The notes under the pieces were generated by a model. It had not been told where the DNA came from, searched no databases, and saw only the letters and a program-made list of their open reading frames with translations. Shown here piece after piece: positions 35,473 through 49,297 of a stretch of DNA of 64,000 nt. The position numbers and the translations under genes are program-made. Location of the stretch: assembly GCA_016906335.1 (NCBI GenBank), contig JADEYG010000007.1, positions 868,001 through 932,000 of the forward strand, written 5' to 3'. Each line of letters opens with the position of its first letter. Position 1 is the first letter of the stretch. Source of the stretch: Novakomyces olei. Its lineage: Eukaryota.

Positions 35473-38400
35473 ATGAAGGAGCTAGTACAGGACTTTCCTC
35501 CTAAACGGATCAAAAATGTACAGTTTGGTGTTGCTAGTCCGGCTGAAATCTTGAAACAAGGTGTTATAGAAGTTTACGGCCGCGATCTTTACACTCTAGA
35601 AAATCGCAAACCTGCCGCTCATGGCGCACTCGATACCAAGATGGTGAGTTGAAGACAGGCAGCAACCAGCTCGATTCTCTTTGTTTTGTGCTTTATTCTC
35701 CATTATTATTCCTTGTTTTATTTTTGATCTTTTCCTCACTCGCTTCGGCCAGTTTTATTTCATTTCAAGTTTATCAATCTTGAATTAAACTTGAGGCTAA
35801 CATCGGTAGGGAACGAGCGACAAGCAGGGCGAATGCGCTACTTGCGGAAAAAAAATGGCCGACTGCGTTGGCCACTTTGGCTACGTTAAGCTCGCACTGC
35901 CCGCCTTTCATATAGGGTACCTTAAACACGTGTTAAACATCTTGCAGACCATTTGCAAAAGCTGCTCTTACGTCCTTTTGGAAGAACCCGACCGCCGAGC
36001 GTTTTTGAGGTCTCTCCGACGGCCTAATCTCGACAATCTAACACGATCGCAAATTGCCAAACGGATCACAGATCAGGCGAAGAAAACGAGAAGATGCCCT
36101 CGTTGCAACCAGATACAAGGCGTCGTAAAAAAAGTAGGAGCTCTCAAAATTGTGCATGAACGGTTTCGACATGTCCGTAAAGCAGTTGAGCCGGAGCAAG
36201 TTGAGTTTCACGATATGCTGAAGGAGGCAGTGAATACTAATACAGACTTGAAAAACCATGTCTCCAAGGCACATGACGATCTAAACCCTTTACGAACGCT
36301 AAAACTCTTCCGGGCGATAAGTCCCGTGGACTCAGAGCTGCTCGGGATTGATCCTGACAAGGGACAGCCGGAAACGTTTATATGGCAATATTTGCCTGCT
36401 CCACCCGTGTGTATAAGACCCTCGGTTTCTCAGGATGGTGCCAGCACGGAGGATGATTTAACTGTAAAGCTGGCGGAAATAACATGGACCAGTGATCTGA
36501 TAAAAACTGCACTTGAAAGTGGGACACCGATAGTGAACCTTATGGAACAGTGGGATTATTTACAGCTGCTAATTGCGCAATACATAAACTCGGAATCGCC
36601 CGGTCTAAGAACAGCCGACCAACTGTCTCGACCGATTCGTGGATTCTGTCAGCGACTTAAAGGAAAACAAGGACGATTTCGTGGAAATTTATCCGGCAAA
36701 CGTGTAGATTTCTCCGGCCGTACCGTAATTAGCCCTGACCCTAATCTGAGGATCGATCAAGTAGCTGTCCCCGAGCGGGTAGCTAAAATCCTGACCTATC
36801 CTGAACGCGTAACGCGTTGGAACATGTCGCGTTTACAAAACGCGATAATAAACGGATGTGATAAATGGCCTGGAGCCAATCATTTGATCCATAAAGACAG
36901 TTATGGCACGGAACAGCGAAGATTCTTACGGTACGGAAATCGACAGGAAATTGCCGCCAATCTGCGCATAGGCAATGTGGTTGAACGGCACTTGATTGAT
37001 GATGATATAGTACTGTTTAATCGGCAGCCGAGTCTCCACAAGCTCAGTATTATGGCGCATTTGGTCAAAGTCCGGCCCTGGCGGACGTTTAGGCTGAATG
37101 AGTGTGTTTGTGGCAGTTTTAATGCGGATTTCGATGGAGATGAGATGAATCTACACGTCCCGCAAACAGAAGAAGCTCGCACGGAAGCTCTTCAGCTGAT
37201 GGGAGTCAAGGAAAACCTTGTTACACCCAAAAACGGAGAGCCTATAGTCGCAGCTACCCAAGATTTCATTACTGGCGCTTACCTGATCAGCCAAAAAGAT
37301 CAATTTTACAATAGAAAGCAGTTTGTTCAGCTGTGCTGCATGATGACAGATGGCTTCCTCCATATAGATTACCCGCCCCCGGCAATAGTCAAGCCCGTTG
37401 AGCTTTGGACGGGAAAACAAGTGTTTTCCGTCTTGATGCGGCCCAATCGACAGTGCCCTGTTCTCGTTAATGTGGAAGCGAAAACTCGGAGCTTTTCTAA
37501 ACCCAAAGGCGGCGTACCCGACATGTGTGAGCGGGATGGCTACTTGGTCATACGCAACAGTGAGATTATGTGTGGCGTCGTGGACAAATCCAACGTGGGT
37601 GATGGCAGGAAGACGTCAATTTTTTACGTAATCCTTCGGGACTACGGGTCGCGTGAGGCAGCAGCGGCAATGAACCGGCTGGCTAAACTGTGTGCTCGAT
37701 TCTTGGGCAACAGAGGCTTTTCCATCGGCATAAACGATGTCCAGCCTGGAGAGCAGTTGAGGGCAAAGAAAGATTTATTGGTAGAAAAAGCCTATGCCAT
37801 AGCGGACGACTATATCTTGCAGCTTGCCAAGGGCACTATAGAAACCCAGCCGGGCATGGACCAGGAGCAAACGCTGGAGAGCAAAATATCCTCGACCCTT
37901 TCCAAAGTTCGAGACGACTGTGGGGCTATTTGTATGAGTGAGCTGGCGAGCACAAACGCAGCGCTTGTTATGGCGACCTGTGGATCAAAAGGCTCACAAA
38001 TCAACGTTTCACAGATGGTTGCCTGTGTGGGTCAGCAGATTATAAGCGGCAAAAGAGTGCCCGACGGGTTCCAAGACAGATCTCTGCCCCATTTCCCCAA
38101 AAACTCTAAACAGCCGCCCTCGAAGGGTTTCGTAAAAAACTCATTCTATTCTGGATTGGGCCCGGCAGAGTTCTTTTTCCATGCTATTTCGGGTCGGGAG
38201 GGCCTGGTGGACACGGCGGTTAAAACGGCAGAGACCGGGTACATGTCCCGGCGTCTTATGAAGTCGTTGGAGGATCTGTCTGCCCAGTATGACGGGACGG
38301 TTCGCAGTGCAAACAATGGGATTGTGCAGTTTACGTATGGCGACGATGGCCTGGACCCAACGTACTTGGAAGGCGACGGACAGCCTATCGAGTTTGAGCG

Positions 38401-39925
38401 GACATGGACCCATGCGCTCTCGTCTACGGGTCTTTTTGAGAGTAAAAACAGCCAAGAGAGTAAAAATAGTGAAGAGAGTAAAAATAGTAAAGAAAGCAGT
38501 ACCCAGTCGAGCAAGCGTCTGCTTCCGTTTGAGATAATGGAGTACACGTGCGCCTTTTTGGCTTCTCCGCTGGTAACACTAAACTGCACAACCGCCTTTA
38601 TCGATTCTGTGAAAGAGTATATACGCTTCCGGGTGGTGGCCCGGCTGGACGAGTTACGGGGCAACAAGGACCTTTTGCCGCTGAGCACAAGGCCTGAGGG
38701 AGAGGAGTACGATGGCATTGACTTGGACGCGTTTAGCCCGCCTGAAGCCTGTAAGGCAGTCGACAATGTCCTTGCTGTAACTGCCGCCCAGCTGGACGCG
38801 TTCCTGCAAATGTGCTGGCACAAGTATATGCGTGCCAAAGTGGAACCAGGAACTGCGGTGGGGGCAGTGGGGGCACATTCGATCGGGGAACCGGGAACGC
38901 AGATGACTCTAAAGACTTTTCATTTTGCTGGAGTAGCGGCAATGACAACGCTCGGTGTCCCTCGAATTAAAGAGATAATAAACGCAGCAAAAACGATACA
39001 GACGCCTGTTATTACGTGCAAGTTGGTGCAGGACGTGGATGTCCGAGCGGCACGTGTAGTTAAAGGCAGAGTAGAGAAAACGTTGTTGCAGGACATTGCT
39101 CTCTACATTGAGGACGTTTATGGGCCGAGCGGGTGCTACGTCGGCATCCGTATTGACCTTGAGGCAATCTCTAAACTGCAGCTAGAAATAGCACTGGGTG
39201 ACGTTGTGCAGGCAATCGCAGCAGCACCAAAGCTAAGGATCCCCACTGCCCGAATTCAGACTGTCGGTTCTGATAGGGTTAGGGTTTATGTACAGGAAAA
39301 AGATTTTACAAGTAACGCTACGGGCAGCAGGGAGGAGGGTGTTTACTACCGTGTGCAGCAGTACAAGCGCGCACTCCCTCACATTGTCGTTAAAGGCATT
39401 GCTACAACGAACCGGGCTATAATCAATCAAAACGCGGATGGCACAAAACAGCTGCTCGTTGAGGGTTATGGATTGAAGCAGGTGATGAACACAGAGGGCA
39501 TTGTGGGCACACATACAATGAGCAATCATATAATGGAGGTTAAATCGGTGCTTGGCATTGAGGCCGCCCGGTCGTGCATAGTCAAGGAGGTCGATTTCAC
39601 AATGGCCAGCCACGGGCTCGATGTTGATCCACGCCATCTTATGCTCCTGGGCGACGTCATGACTTACAAGGGCGATGTATTGGGCATTACAAGGTTTGGA
39701 GTCTCCAAGATGAAGGATTCCGTACTGATGCTGGCCTCATTCGAAAAGACCACGGACCATCTGTTTGACGCTGCTGCACGATTGGCCAGCGACGCTATCG
39801 AGGGCGTCAGCGAGCGTATTATTATGGGGATTCCTATGACCATTGGCACCGGAATTTTTAGGCTCGTGCGCAGCTCGGGGATTGAGCGGCGGCCTCCACT
39901 GAAGCCGTTGCTGTTTGATACATAA
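35473..39925 (+). CDS. RPC1: RNA polymerase III largest subunit
   Basis: Exon 1 at 35473-35643, intron to 35809. C.GHFG, QRLKGKQGRFRGNLSGKRVDFSGRTVISPD, NADFDGDEMN, KTFHFAGVA and VLMLASFEKTTDHLFDAA. No CTD heptads. Confidence 0.98.
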
Positions 39926-40272
39926 TTTGGAGAATTGAATGGGTCGTAGTCCATCATGAATATCGAATGATAAACATTCATTTGAACGAAATTTGTACGA
40001 GTAATAGATTGAAATCTATGTATAATAAACCAGGATTGATGAACTTAATTTGGAGAGAATCAATATTAAGAAAAGGTATTGAAAGAATTTTTTTGGCAAA
40101 CAACTTTTGATTTATTTTGGAAATACACGGATGAGGAAGTAGTAGTAAATAGCAGATAATTGAAAAAGCAATTATTCTACAGAAATCGTCACATTCTATT
40201 TCTTTACTCAACCATTAGTAAACTACTGATATTCAACAAATGTATCTCTTTCATTACTTGTCAACTTTTCCG

Positions 40273-43057
40273 TCACTCCTTCGAGTCCAATTCAATGTCA
40301 TCATTCAATGTTATCTTTGGCGTAAACATTGTTTGATTTGTGCTAATTTGATTGCCTTCATGCCCAGTGAAAGGAGTCCGTGACGCTCCCTGAGAGCTGG
40401 TATTATTGGCGTTGTTATTGCTGTTATCAATGCTATTATTATTGCTGGTATTATCCTTCTTTCCGCTGTCAACAAACTCCCGCAATTTTTCGCGTGCCAT
40501 CTCTGTCACTTGGCCAAAGACGGCACGGGCAACACGTTCAATGGGCCCGGCCATATTGAGCTGGTAGACGGCGTACGCTAAAGCTCCCAGCAAGAGAAGA
40601 GCGACAAAGGCAAAAGGGTTGCGTACAACCGCCCAAAACTCGTTCCATCCAAGCGCAGCAAGTAGTGCGTAGATGTACATTGGGACTACGGCAGTCGGGT
40701 TTATAATGCTCCTTTTAGCGTCCAAGAAGGCAGAGTCAGCCGTCCGCTTGAACTGCTTTTTAATCTCGGCCTTTTGCTGACTGTCCAGGAGCACAAGAAA
40801 ATCGGCAGCAGCCGACGACGGCTGAGACGGAACTGGACCTGGCTCATCACCAGCATCACTGTCCTCGTCATCACTGTCCTGCCGCGGCAAGATTTCCCTT
40901 GGAATTTTGCCAAAGGTCGACTGCATCTTTGCGTATAGGGACAAGAGCCCATTTGCCTTGTCGTATGATCTACGGAAATAAGCTTCCACATTATCACCGG
41001 GCTGCCAAACCCGGGGCACACCGTTTTGATCGTACTTGAAGCTCTCTTCAAACGTGTCCCGTAGCATTAACCCGACAAAAGTCGGCGTCACTTGAGCCCG
41101 AACAATGTCCTTGAATCCACTGCGCGTCTTCTCCTTAAACTCGTCGAGAACAGTTTCGATACTGCATGGGCCTTCTTCCTCATCAGCACCGTAATTCTCG
41201 AGCTTTCGTACAAGACCCTCCATTGACCGCTCACGTGCTTTAATATAGAAATCGAATATTGTATCCCACATGTCTGCCTGCACGTCACTTGTCAGAATCT
41301 CCACAATTTGCCGCTTGAAATAGGCCAAAGTTTCATTCAACTCTTCAGCACTAAACTTTGCTATTTCAGCGTCACGGAGTCTTTGACTAGTAGCCTCCAT
41401 GTCTTTGGACAAAAGTGACATTTCTTCGTCAAACGACCAGCTTGTGCCTGAGAGCTTGCAGCGCTCTGCTTCCTCTGCAAACTGCTTAAGTATACCAATA
41501 AATAAGCTGCCGGCACAAGAAAGGGCACCTTCGGGCTGCCCGCTGGCAAATTCCTTTCTCAACTGCTTTTCATAAGATTCAACACACCTTTGATGGAGCG
41601 CAGTAAGCTGTAATAAGTACAAGACTTTGAGCTTTGCTTCAAAGATGTCTAACGTATCCTGTCTCTTGCGATTGTATACTTGTGCATTGTACCTGCTCGC
41701 TTCTTGGTCAAAGAGAGCAATTGCTTGTGAGCGAGCCATCTGCATCAATTGACCCAAGTTTGGCAAAACGGCTCCGGGGACAGCGCTTTTTTCAATATTC
41801 TCAAATAAAATACTAAATGCTGTCGCTGCTTCAGAGGCAATTTCATCGCACCGAAACTGAGCCAGCAATTCGTGCTGTGTAGGAAGATCCAGATCCTTGT
41901 TTTTCTCAATCTGGTCCCATACTGATTCTGCAAAATGAGGGAACCCATCAGCGGGAACGTGACGGTGGTAAGCCGGCTTGAAAACGTAGTCCGGGTTGCT
42001 CGGATCAACAAATCTTTCATAGTTAGTGATTGAAGGTACGGGACGGCGCTTACCGTTTCCGCAGCTCAGACACATGTTCATCAAATTTTTCCGGCAACAA
42101 GACTTTGTGGGGTAATCCAATCATTTGGAAGTCAAAGAAATCCTCAATCTTTGAATCTTGAACGTGTTCCGGTTTGGAAATAGACGCCCAAATTTGGGCC
42201 AGATCTTTAAGGACTGTGGCCCTCAGACTCTCAAGCGGTGTTCCACCGACAAAGTCGCGTATTACAAACATGAGCAGACTTTTACTCCCAGAGCTGTTTG
42301 TTAGATTAAAGGACGAGTTAAGATGACAAACAAAGTTGAAGGAATAAGCTTGGCTGATAATAAAGCCATGGAAATGGTAGACAAGATGAGGTCGTGTTAC
42401 ACATACTTGTTCTCTTCACGATGAAAGAGCTGCAAGTTTACTTCGAATACAGTCTTTAGCAAACCCATATTTGCGCCCTGGTACAAGCCCACTTGGTGTT
42501 CCCACATGTTTATGAGTATAACTTCGCTCGTAGATATAGAAAACAACGCGCTTTTACGCTCAAATTCCTATATTAACGTTAGACACCCTCCGGCAAGAGC
42601 AGACCAATGTATTCATATATGTATTAATTTCGCATACCTGATCTTCGCCTCTCTCACGACCATCTGTACCCTCCACGTCCATAACCAGGACATTTGCGTC
42701 ATGAGCTTTGCCAATCCAGATTCCTGGTAGAGTTAGATTTGAGCATGCGAGCTTGCCTGTTACCCCTTGTTGTTTGTTGACGCGTAGCCTCATTCATAGT
42801 GGCAAATTCAGTTCCAAACAGCTTATTCAGCAGAGTACCTAGACGTATTAGCTAAACGGCCTGTTGCAGCTTTGCCTACTTTTGCCCGTAGATTGGGACC
42901 CAAACACTGCCACAACATTGTACCCAAACCCGGACTTTGCCAGGCCAGATTCGCGCACATACATTTGGAAATCGGGATTGAAGGTCTTGTGCTCGTCAAT
43001 AAGCTGCAGCTTGACGTCCGGCACAGAGCCGAGCTCAGCGTCATTCGTGTCTGGCAT
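40273..43057 (-). CDS. SEY1: ER fusion GTPase Sey1/RHD3, 6 exons
   Basis: [78 protein letters not shown] and LGWNEF..V.RNP. Confidence 0.96.
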
Positions 43058-43742
43058 GTTTGACGTCTGTCGAGCGTGCTTAATAGACCATCGTCTGACC
43101 CGTGTACAGCTCAACTCTAAATGATTATACGTATGGATTTTAGTATGGATTTTATGTCATTATTCATGTCACTACATTTCACTACATAACTATAATGCGT
43201 TTTATGATTGTTGAAATATGAATCTATTATTCCCTCATCATAATAACACACTTGCCGACTCAGTATTAAGACAAACCTTCCATGAGTGCCAGTTGTTTGA
43301 CATTAGCTTTGCAGGATCTCACTCAAAAAAAAATAGTTATATATATAGCCCAAGCGAACTCCCAAATCCTCTGGAGGATTCAGCTAAAGCAATCGTGAGT
43401 TTCTAATTCATTCAATTCTACCATAAGAACAAATTCCAATAAATATTTACAACAATAATTATAATGCGTTTTATACGTATTTTCTCTGTCGTCGAGCCGT
43501 CTCTATGTGCTATATTAATGTACGCGCTGCTGGCCGTTATTGCCAACTCGTCAATTTATAATGTATTTGTTATGGCCACAGGATCACGCAACAGACTTGA
43601 GTCCTATATTTCGCAAGTCACACATCTGCTCCACACGCACTCGATCAAGAATTGCGCGCAATGTGTCTGAAAATCTGGGGGCGGAGAAATCTACATGTTT
43701 GCTCACGAGCCTATTGTCTGCCCTTTGATAAAGGGCAATTCA

Positions 43743-44950
43743 CTAGACGAGATCTTCGATACGCATTATGAGCAAATCATCATCCAAGACTGGCTTCAAA
43801 TCAGAATCACAAAGGTCAGATTTCTGGATGTGAGTACAAAGCTGGTTCATATTGGCTTGCCGCCGCAGCCAATTAATCGCCTTCACAGCATCGTAGAAAT
43901 CGCAGCATTCGCTTGTTTTGAGCTCTGAGACAAGATCGAAATTGTGTGCCATTCGCATATGCGCAAGGCTTTCTTCCATTGTCAAAGTGCCGTTTGAGCA
44001 AAAAATACAAATGTATTGGCCGTGCTCCTCCTCGCCAAAGTCGGACCATGAACTAGACTGTTAATCAATGTACTTGACAATAACTCACGAGTTTGAATCA
44101 GAGTCGCCAGCCAGTGTATCGGTGCCTCTATTCCCACTATTTGAAACAGAGTTCTCCTCCGCCTGCTTGGCATACTTGACCATGTAGTAGCGATCAAAGC
44201 GCGGATTTCGTGCATCAATATAATAATGGGCATAACGCCCCATGTGCTTTAAAGCAGCGTTCTTGTTCTCTAATTGCCGTTCACACGCCAAACACTTGCC
44301 AGCCTCCAACAATTCTGACAGCTCCGAGCTCAATTTCTGAGAATATACAAGGTTGTCAATTCGTCCAAGAGCAAATTGGTGGTCCGCAAATAAGTGTGAG
44401 CACCATCCGTCTCTGTCAATTAGAATTTCAAATCAGTTTCAAACTGAAAAGACTTGAGATAAATTAAGGGTAAAGGCTCGTGCAAACAAACAAGAGAAAC
44501 CTTCCACTTCCACGGAAACGCGTGTCGCAATATCAATGATCGATGGTATGAAGTGATACATCAAAAATAATAAAGACTCGTCTTATACCTTGATGAAACG
44601 TTGTCGCAAAAGCAGCAATGATAGCGATCAGCTCCAGTTCGTTCCGACTGCTGAGCAGCAATCGCAGCAGAGAGAGCGGCACTTGTAGCCGCCTCTTTTA
44701 CTTGGTCAAGGTCGGCTTCTTGAGCCCGCTTTCCCAGCAATTGACGGGATTGCAATTGCTGCAGGAAATGTGGAATCGCCAAGCGCACATCTAGTACCGT
44801 TTTGTGGTTTATGCCATGCCCTTCCTCTAAATGATCCAATGCTTCACGCAATGTGGAGAAATAAGTGTCATCTGCCGGACAGGCTGCCTGTATCGCTGTG
44901 TCCAGCACTGATGGAAACATGCACAGGCGCTGGCTTGCGTCTTTGTCCCT
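43743..44950 (-). CDS. ZNF277-like multi-C2H2 zinc finger protein, spliced, 5' end uncertain
   Basis: Exons give C.FC...HLFADHQFALG..DNLV, CLACE...KHM...H..I...N..FDRYY...Y, WSDF.EE...CIFC...HM..AHNFD...FYDAVKAINWLR and KPVLDDDLL. Confidence 0.75.
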
Positions 44951-45506
44951 AGTTTAAACGCATGGAAAAAGCAACTTGCGCTGCTAGTGCCTAAAGCTTT
45001 TCCTACAAGTTCACAGAAACTTGTAGTACCTAGCAATTAAAGTACCATCGTCTTACTATTAAAGAATTAAAAGTACTGCAATATTGTAGTGTCTGATGAA
45101 TAAATCGTTAAAAAAACTATACAACTATAATTAATATTGAATGAAACCGTACTTCAAGCGACGGTAGACTTTTAACTTTATCCCCGCCAGAATGCTACTT
45201 TAGTTTAGTACTTTGATAATACCGTTGATGAATATAATTTCTCAAAACTGTACTGTGGGTAGTCTACCTGTCATACAGTCCATACTTATTTAACATTATA
45301 AAGTACAGCGTAAGGTTACGCCGTGTGTCTGACCGAACCTTTATCAAACATAATAGACGGGCAGATACCTCCGCATTACGTATTGCTCGATTGACATTTA
45401 ATTTAGTATTACAGTAGGGCAACGGGGACAACACGAGGAAATAAACGAGAAATCAACGAAGACATACACGAGCAACGCATGCATTGCTTGCAGCAGAGCG
45501 TCCACA

Positions 45507-47814
45507 ATGCCTGATTCATTTAGGCAGCCGAGTGCCGTTCAGCGGAGACATACAGTAGTTCACTCTGCGTCAGCTGCTCCAAGCCCCGGCAGTCATACTT
45601 CTATAAACGAGGCTACACGCCGGCTTCTCGCTCGGACTTCTATCGGAAATGAACGAAGTGCTATAAACAGCGATACGCCCGTAATGGTGACGCCTCCAAG
45701 TGCAAAAACGTCACCCTCTAATTCGGCAGCTGCTTCGGCGGCTGCTTCAGCACCGACTTCACCACGAATGAGCGCGTAATACACTTTTCTCATCTGCTTT
45801 TATTTGTGTTTTTATTTGTGTTTATTTTATTTATTTATTTTTTTCAATATTCTTTCTTCGTCAAACACTCTATTGCTTGCCGTTCTGTTTTAAGCTTGAT
45901 GCTTACTGTGCCAGCCGAGCCACGACGTTGGATGTTCCAGGACTCACAAAAAGCCGTGTTTCTCCCGACGGCAGAATCGCTTCAAGGGACGTCGGTGCCA
46001 AGTTGGTCATTGTAATGGTTGGCCTGCCCGCGAGGGGCAAATCTTATATCGTGAAGAAGTAAGCTGATCTTTGTTTGCCTACCTAGACGTCCTAGTACAT
46101 ACTTTTTCATAGTATTGCATGTTTTAGCTCTATTGTTCGTCTTTACTTTTAATTTACATCTATTAATTTTTTTCATCACATTCACCTCACTTGTGTGGAG
46201 TACTCTCTTCTAAACTTGAAGGCTCGCTCGCTACTATAACTGGCTTGGGCATCGTTGCAGGATTTTTAATGTGGGAAACCGGCGCCGACTTGACAACAGC
46301 AGCGGAGTGGCCTCCTTTTTCGATCCGGATAATGCCGAGTTCAAAGCAAGCCGGGAAGCTTATGCAAAAGATACGTTTGAGGATTTGCTCAAATGGATTC
46401 TTGTTGAGAACGGAAGTGTAGGAATTTTTGATGCAACTAATAGCACTTTGGAAAGGCGGCAATATTTGATCAATCGTGTTCACAAGGAGCCATATTTAAA
46501 GATATTCTTTCTTGAGAGTGTCTGTACAGATACTGAGCTCATTGAGACTAATATGCGGTTGAAACTGCGTGGACCAGACTACCGTGACAAAGATCCAGAG
46601 GCTAGTTTGGCCGACTTTAAAGAGCGAGTGCGCAATTATGAAAAGTCATACGTACCTATTGGTGATTTTGAGGAGCAGCAGTCCGGTCTGCAATATTGCA
46701 AAGTTATAAATGTGGGCAAAAAGGTCATTGCGTACAATATTCAAGGCTTTTTGGCTGCCCAGGCTGTCTTTTTCATGCTCAACTTCAATCTCTCCGCTCG
46801 CATGATTTTTGTGACACGTCACGGTGAAAGCACTGATAACTGTCTCGGCCGTATAGGAGGAAACGCTCCTCTATCTCCTGATGGGAAGCGGTTTGCCGAT
46901 GCCTTGTATCGGTTTGTGAACCGTAAGTTTACCACACTATCTCACTGTTGAATGATTTATGTTTCATGGCTTTTATGCATGTTTCCAACCCATGCATGAT
47001 TACTCACAGGCCTATCACTTTATAAAGCTAGATATGAGTTTTACGTATATCTTATTCAACCCGTTTTCATTTTTTGAATCTTTTCACTTTTAATCAATTA
47101 AATTGGTATTATTATTACTGTTATTGATAATATTTTTCGATTGAAATGTATAAGGCTTATCAATTGTGCTGTTTACGTCTATGAGCAAAACTAATGTGAC
47201 CAGAAAAGCGCATCGAGTTCCGGAACCACGAGATTGAGCAATTTTCAAAGCAGTGGAGCGTACTTCCGGTTCCCGGAGAAAAACCGCCAAACCCGGGAAC
47301 TGCACATTCGGGAGAACTACCTCCGGAGAAAAGCTTTAGTGTTTGGACAAGCCTGATGGAGCGCAGTATGCAAACGGCCAGTGAGTTTGACGAAGACATC
47401 TATGACGTGAAGGCGATGAAGATGCTTGATGAAATCAGTGCTGGCTATTTTGAGGGAATGACGTACCAGGACGTGAAGGAGAAGCACCCGAAGGAATTCG
47501 AGACCCGTATGAAGGACCAGCTACACTACAGATTCCCTGGTCCCGGTGGTGAATCTTACTTGGACGTTATTCATCGTTTAAATTCTGTTATTGTGGAAAT
47601 CGAACGTACGGATCATCATCTTTTGCTTATAGGTCATCGTGTAACAACACGTATAATCTTGGCGTACTTTTTGGGCCTGGACCAGGACAAGATTTGTTCT
47701 CTCGATGTTTCCCCAAACTCGGTTTACGTACTGGAGCCAAAGCCTTATGGCACCGAATGCCATCGGTACACGTGGAATCCAGAGACGGATGAGTTTACGG
47801 GGGAGAAGGTTTGA
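45507..47814 (+). CDS. 6-phosphofructo-2-kinase / fructose-2,6-bisphosphatase, 4 exons
   Basis: TLDVPGLTKSRVSPDG, MVGLPARGKSY, FNVGNRRR, GIFDATNST, RHGES and GESYLDVI.RL. Confidence 0.93.
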
Positions 47815-48079
47815 TGGTGCACGGAATGGATGGATAGTCTAATGAGGAACAAATAGAACATGAATTCAGTGCTTTGATACGAATAGGAGGTAAATACAAA
47901 AATAACAAGAATAATATAAAAAATTAAAAAAAAAAAAAACAAACAAAAGGGAAGGAATAGAATGCTAAGTAGAATAATTTCATTATCCGTGCCAAAGGCA
48001 ATCAGTCATATAATCATCTGCATAGTGCAGTATGCCAATACATGTATTAATGCTAGCAATTCTATTAAATGGAATTTGT

Positions 48080-48871
48080 CTACTGCTGAACAGCCTTCGC
48101 CTCCTTCTCCATTTCCAAACGGGCTTCTTCTTCAGCTACAATATTCTTCCAATGAAATTCGCCAGGATAACGCTCTTTGCGGTCATAGTGCACGCGAATA
48201 GTATGGCGATAGTCTCGTGGGTCTGTTATATAAACATCCTCGCCCTCATCTTGAACCGGAACGAGTGAAACCCCGGCAGAAAGCAAGAGCACTACAAGCG
48301 TCAGGCCCTGCGCGTACATACGAGCCTGCACGATCTTTTGTGAAACACTGGCATACTTGTTACGGCTCACCAAGTACCATGAAAGGCCCATCCCACCGAG
48401 CCAGGACGCGCCCACTAATCGCCAGCGATTACGTTGAACCCAGCCGAGAGAACGTTCTTTCAGGGTCAATGCGCTTTCGTCCAATTCTTCCTTGAACTCG
48501 CCATAATTCTCCTTGAGTAGACCAGTGGAAGCACTCTCCGCATAGATGACAGACGCTGCAATTGTTCCGCTCGTGATAAGGAATGTCTAGCAAGTAAGTT
48601 TTGTGGGCACTCAAAATCAAAATCAAAATCAAAATTTAAAATTAAAAAAAAAAGAGTAAAGAAAAAAAAACAAAAACAAAAAAAAAACAAGAAAAAATGT
48701 GTACGCGCTTACCTTGAAAGGAACAGTAAGGCTGCGGTAGGTCGGCGAGTACCGTCGTGCAGCCGCCGCTGCTACTAAAGACCCCGACAAGCCTACAATT
48801 GCGCCGATCAAGTATCCCCGAGTGACCCGGGACGTGAGTTCTTCTTCCTCGCCCTCTGCAAACTGCCTCAT
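48080..48871 (-). CDS. RCF2: Respiratory supercomplex factor 2 (HIG1 domain), 2 exons
   Basis: YRSLTVPFK|TFLITSG, W...NRW..VGASW..GM and QKIVQARMYAQGLTL. Confidence 0.88.
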
Positions 48872-48993
48872 GACGGACAGATAAGGATTGTTGCCTGACG
48901 GTATATATTTGAAGATCTTGAAGATCTATGACTGAATATTATTACGCATGATTTACGGAAATTTGTTGGGCAAAATATCCGAGCGACAAGGGG

Positions 48994-49186
<193 letters not shown>

Positions 49187-49297
49187 TGCAGTCTGGAACA
49201 AACCTTATCAATTTACGACTCACATTGCGAAACAGTCTGGCCAGGCAAACTAAATTGCCTTGATGAATTAGTACGCCTATGGGCTCACACGAGCGCA

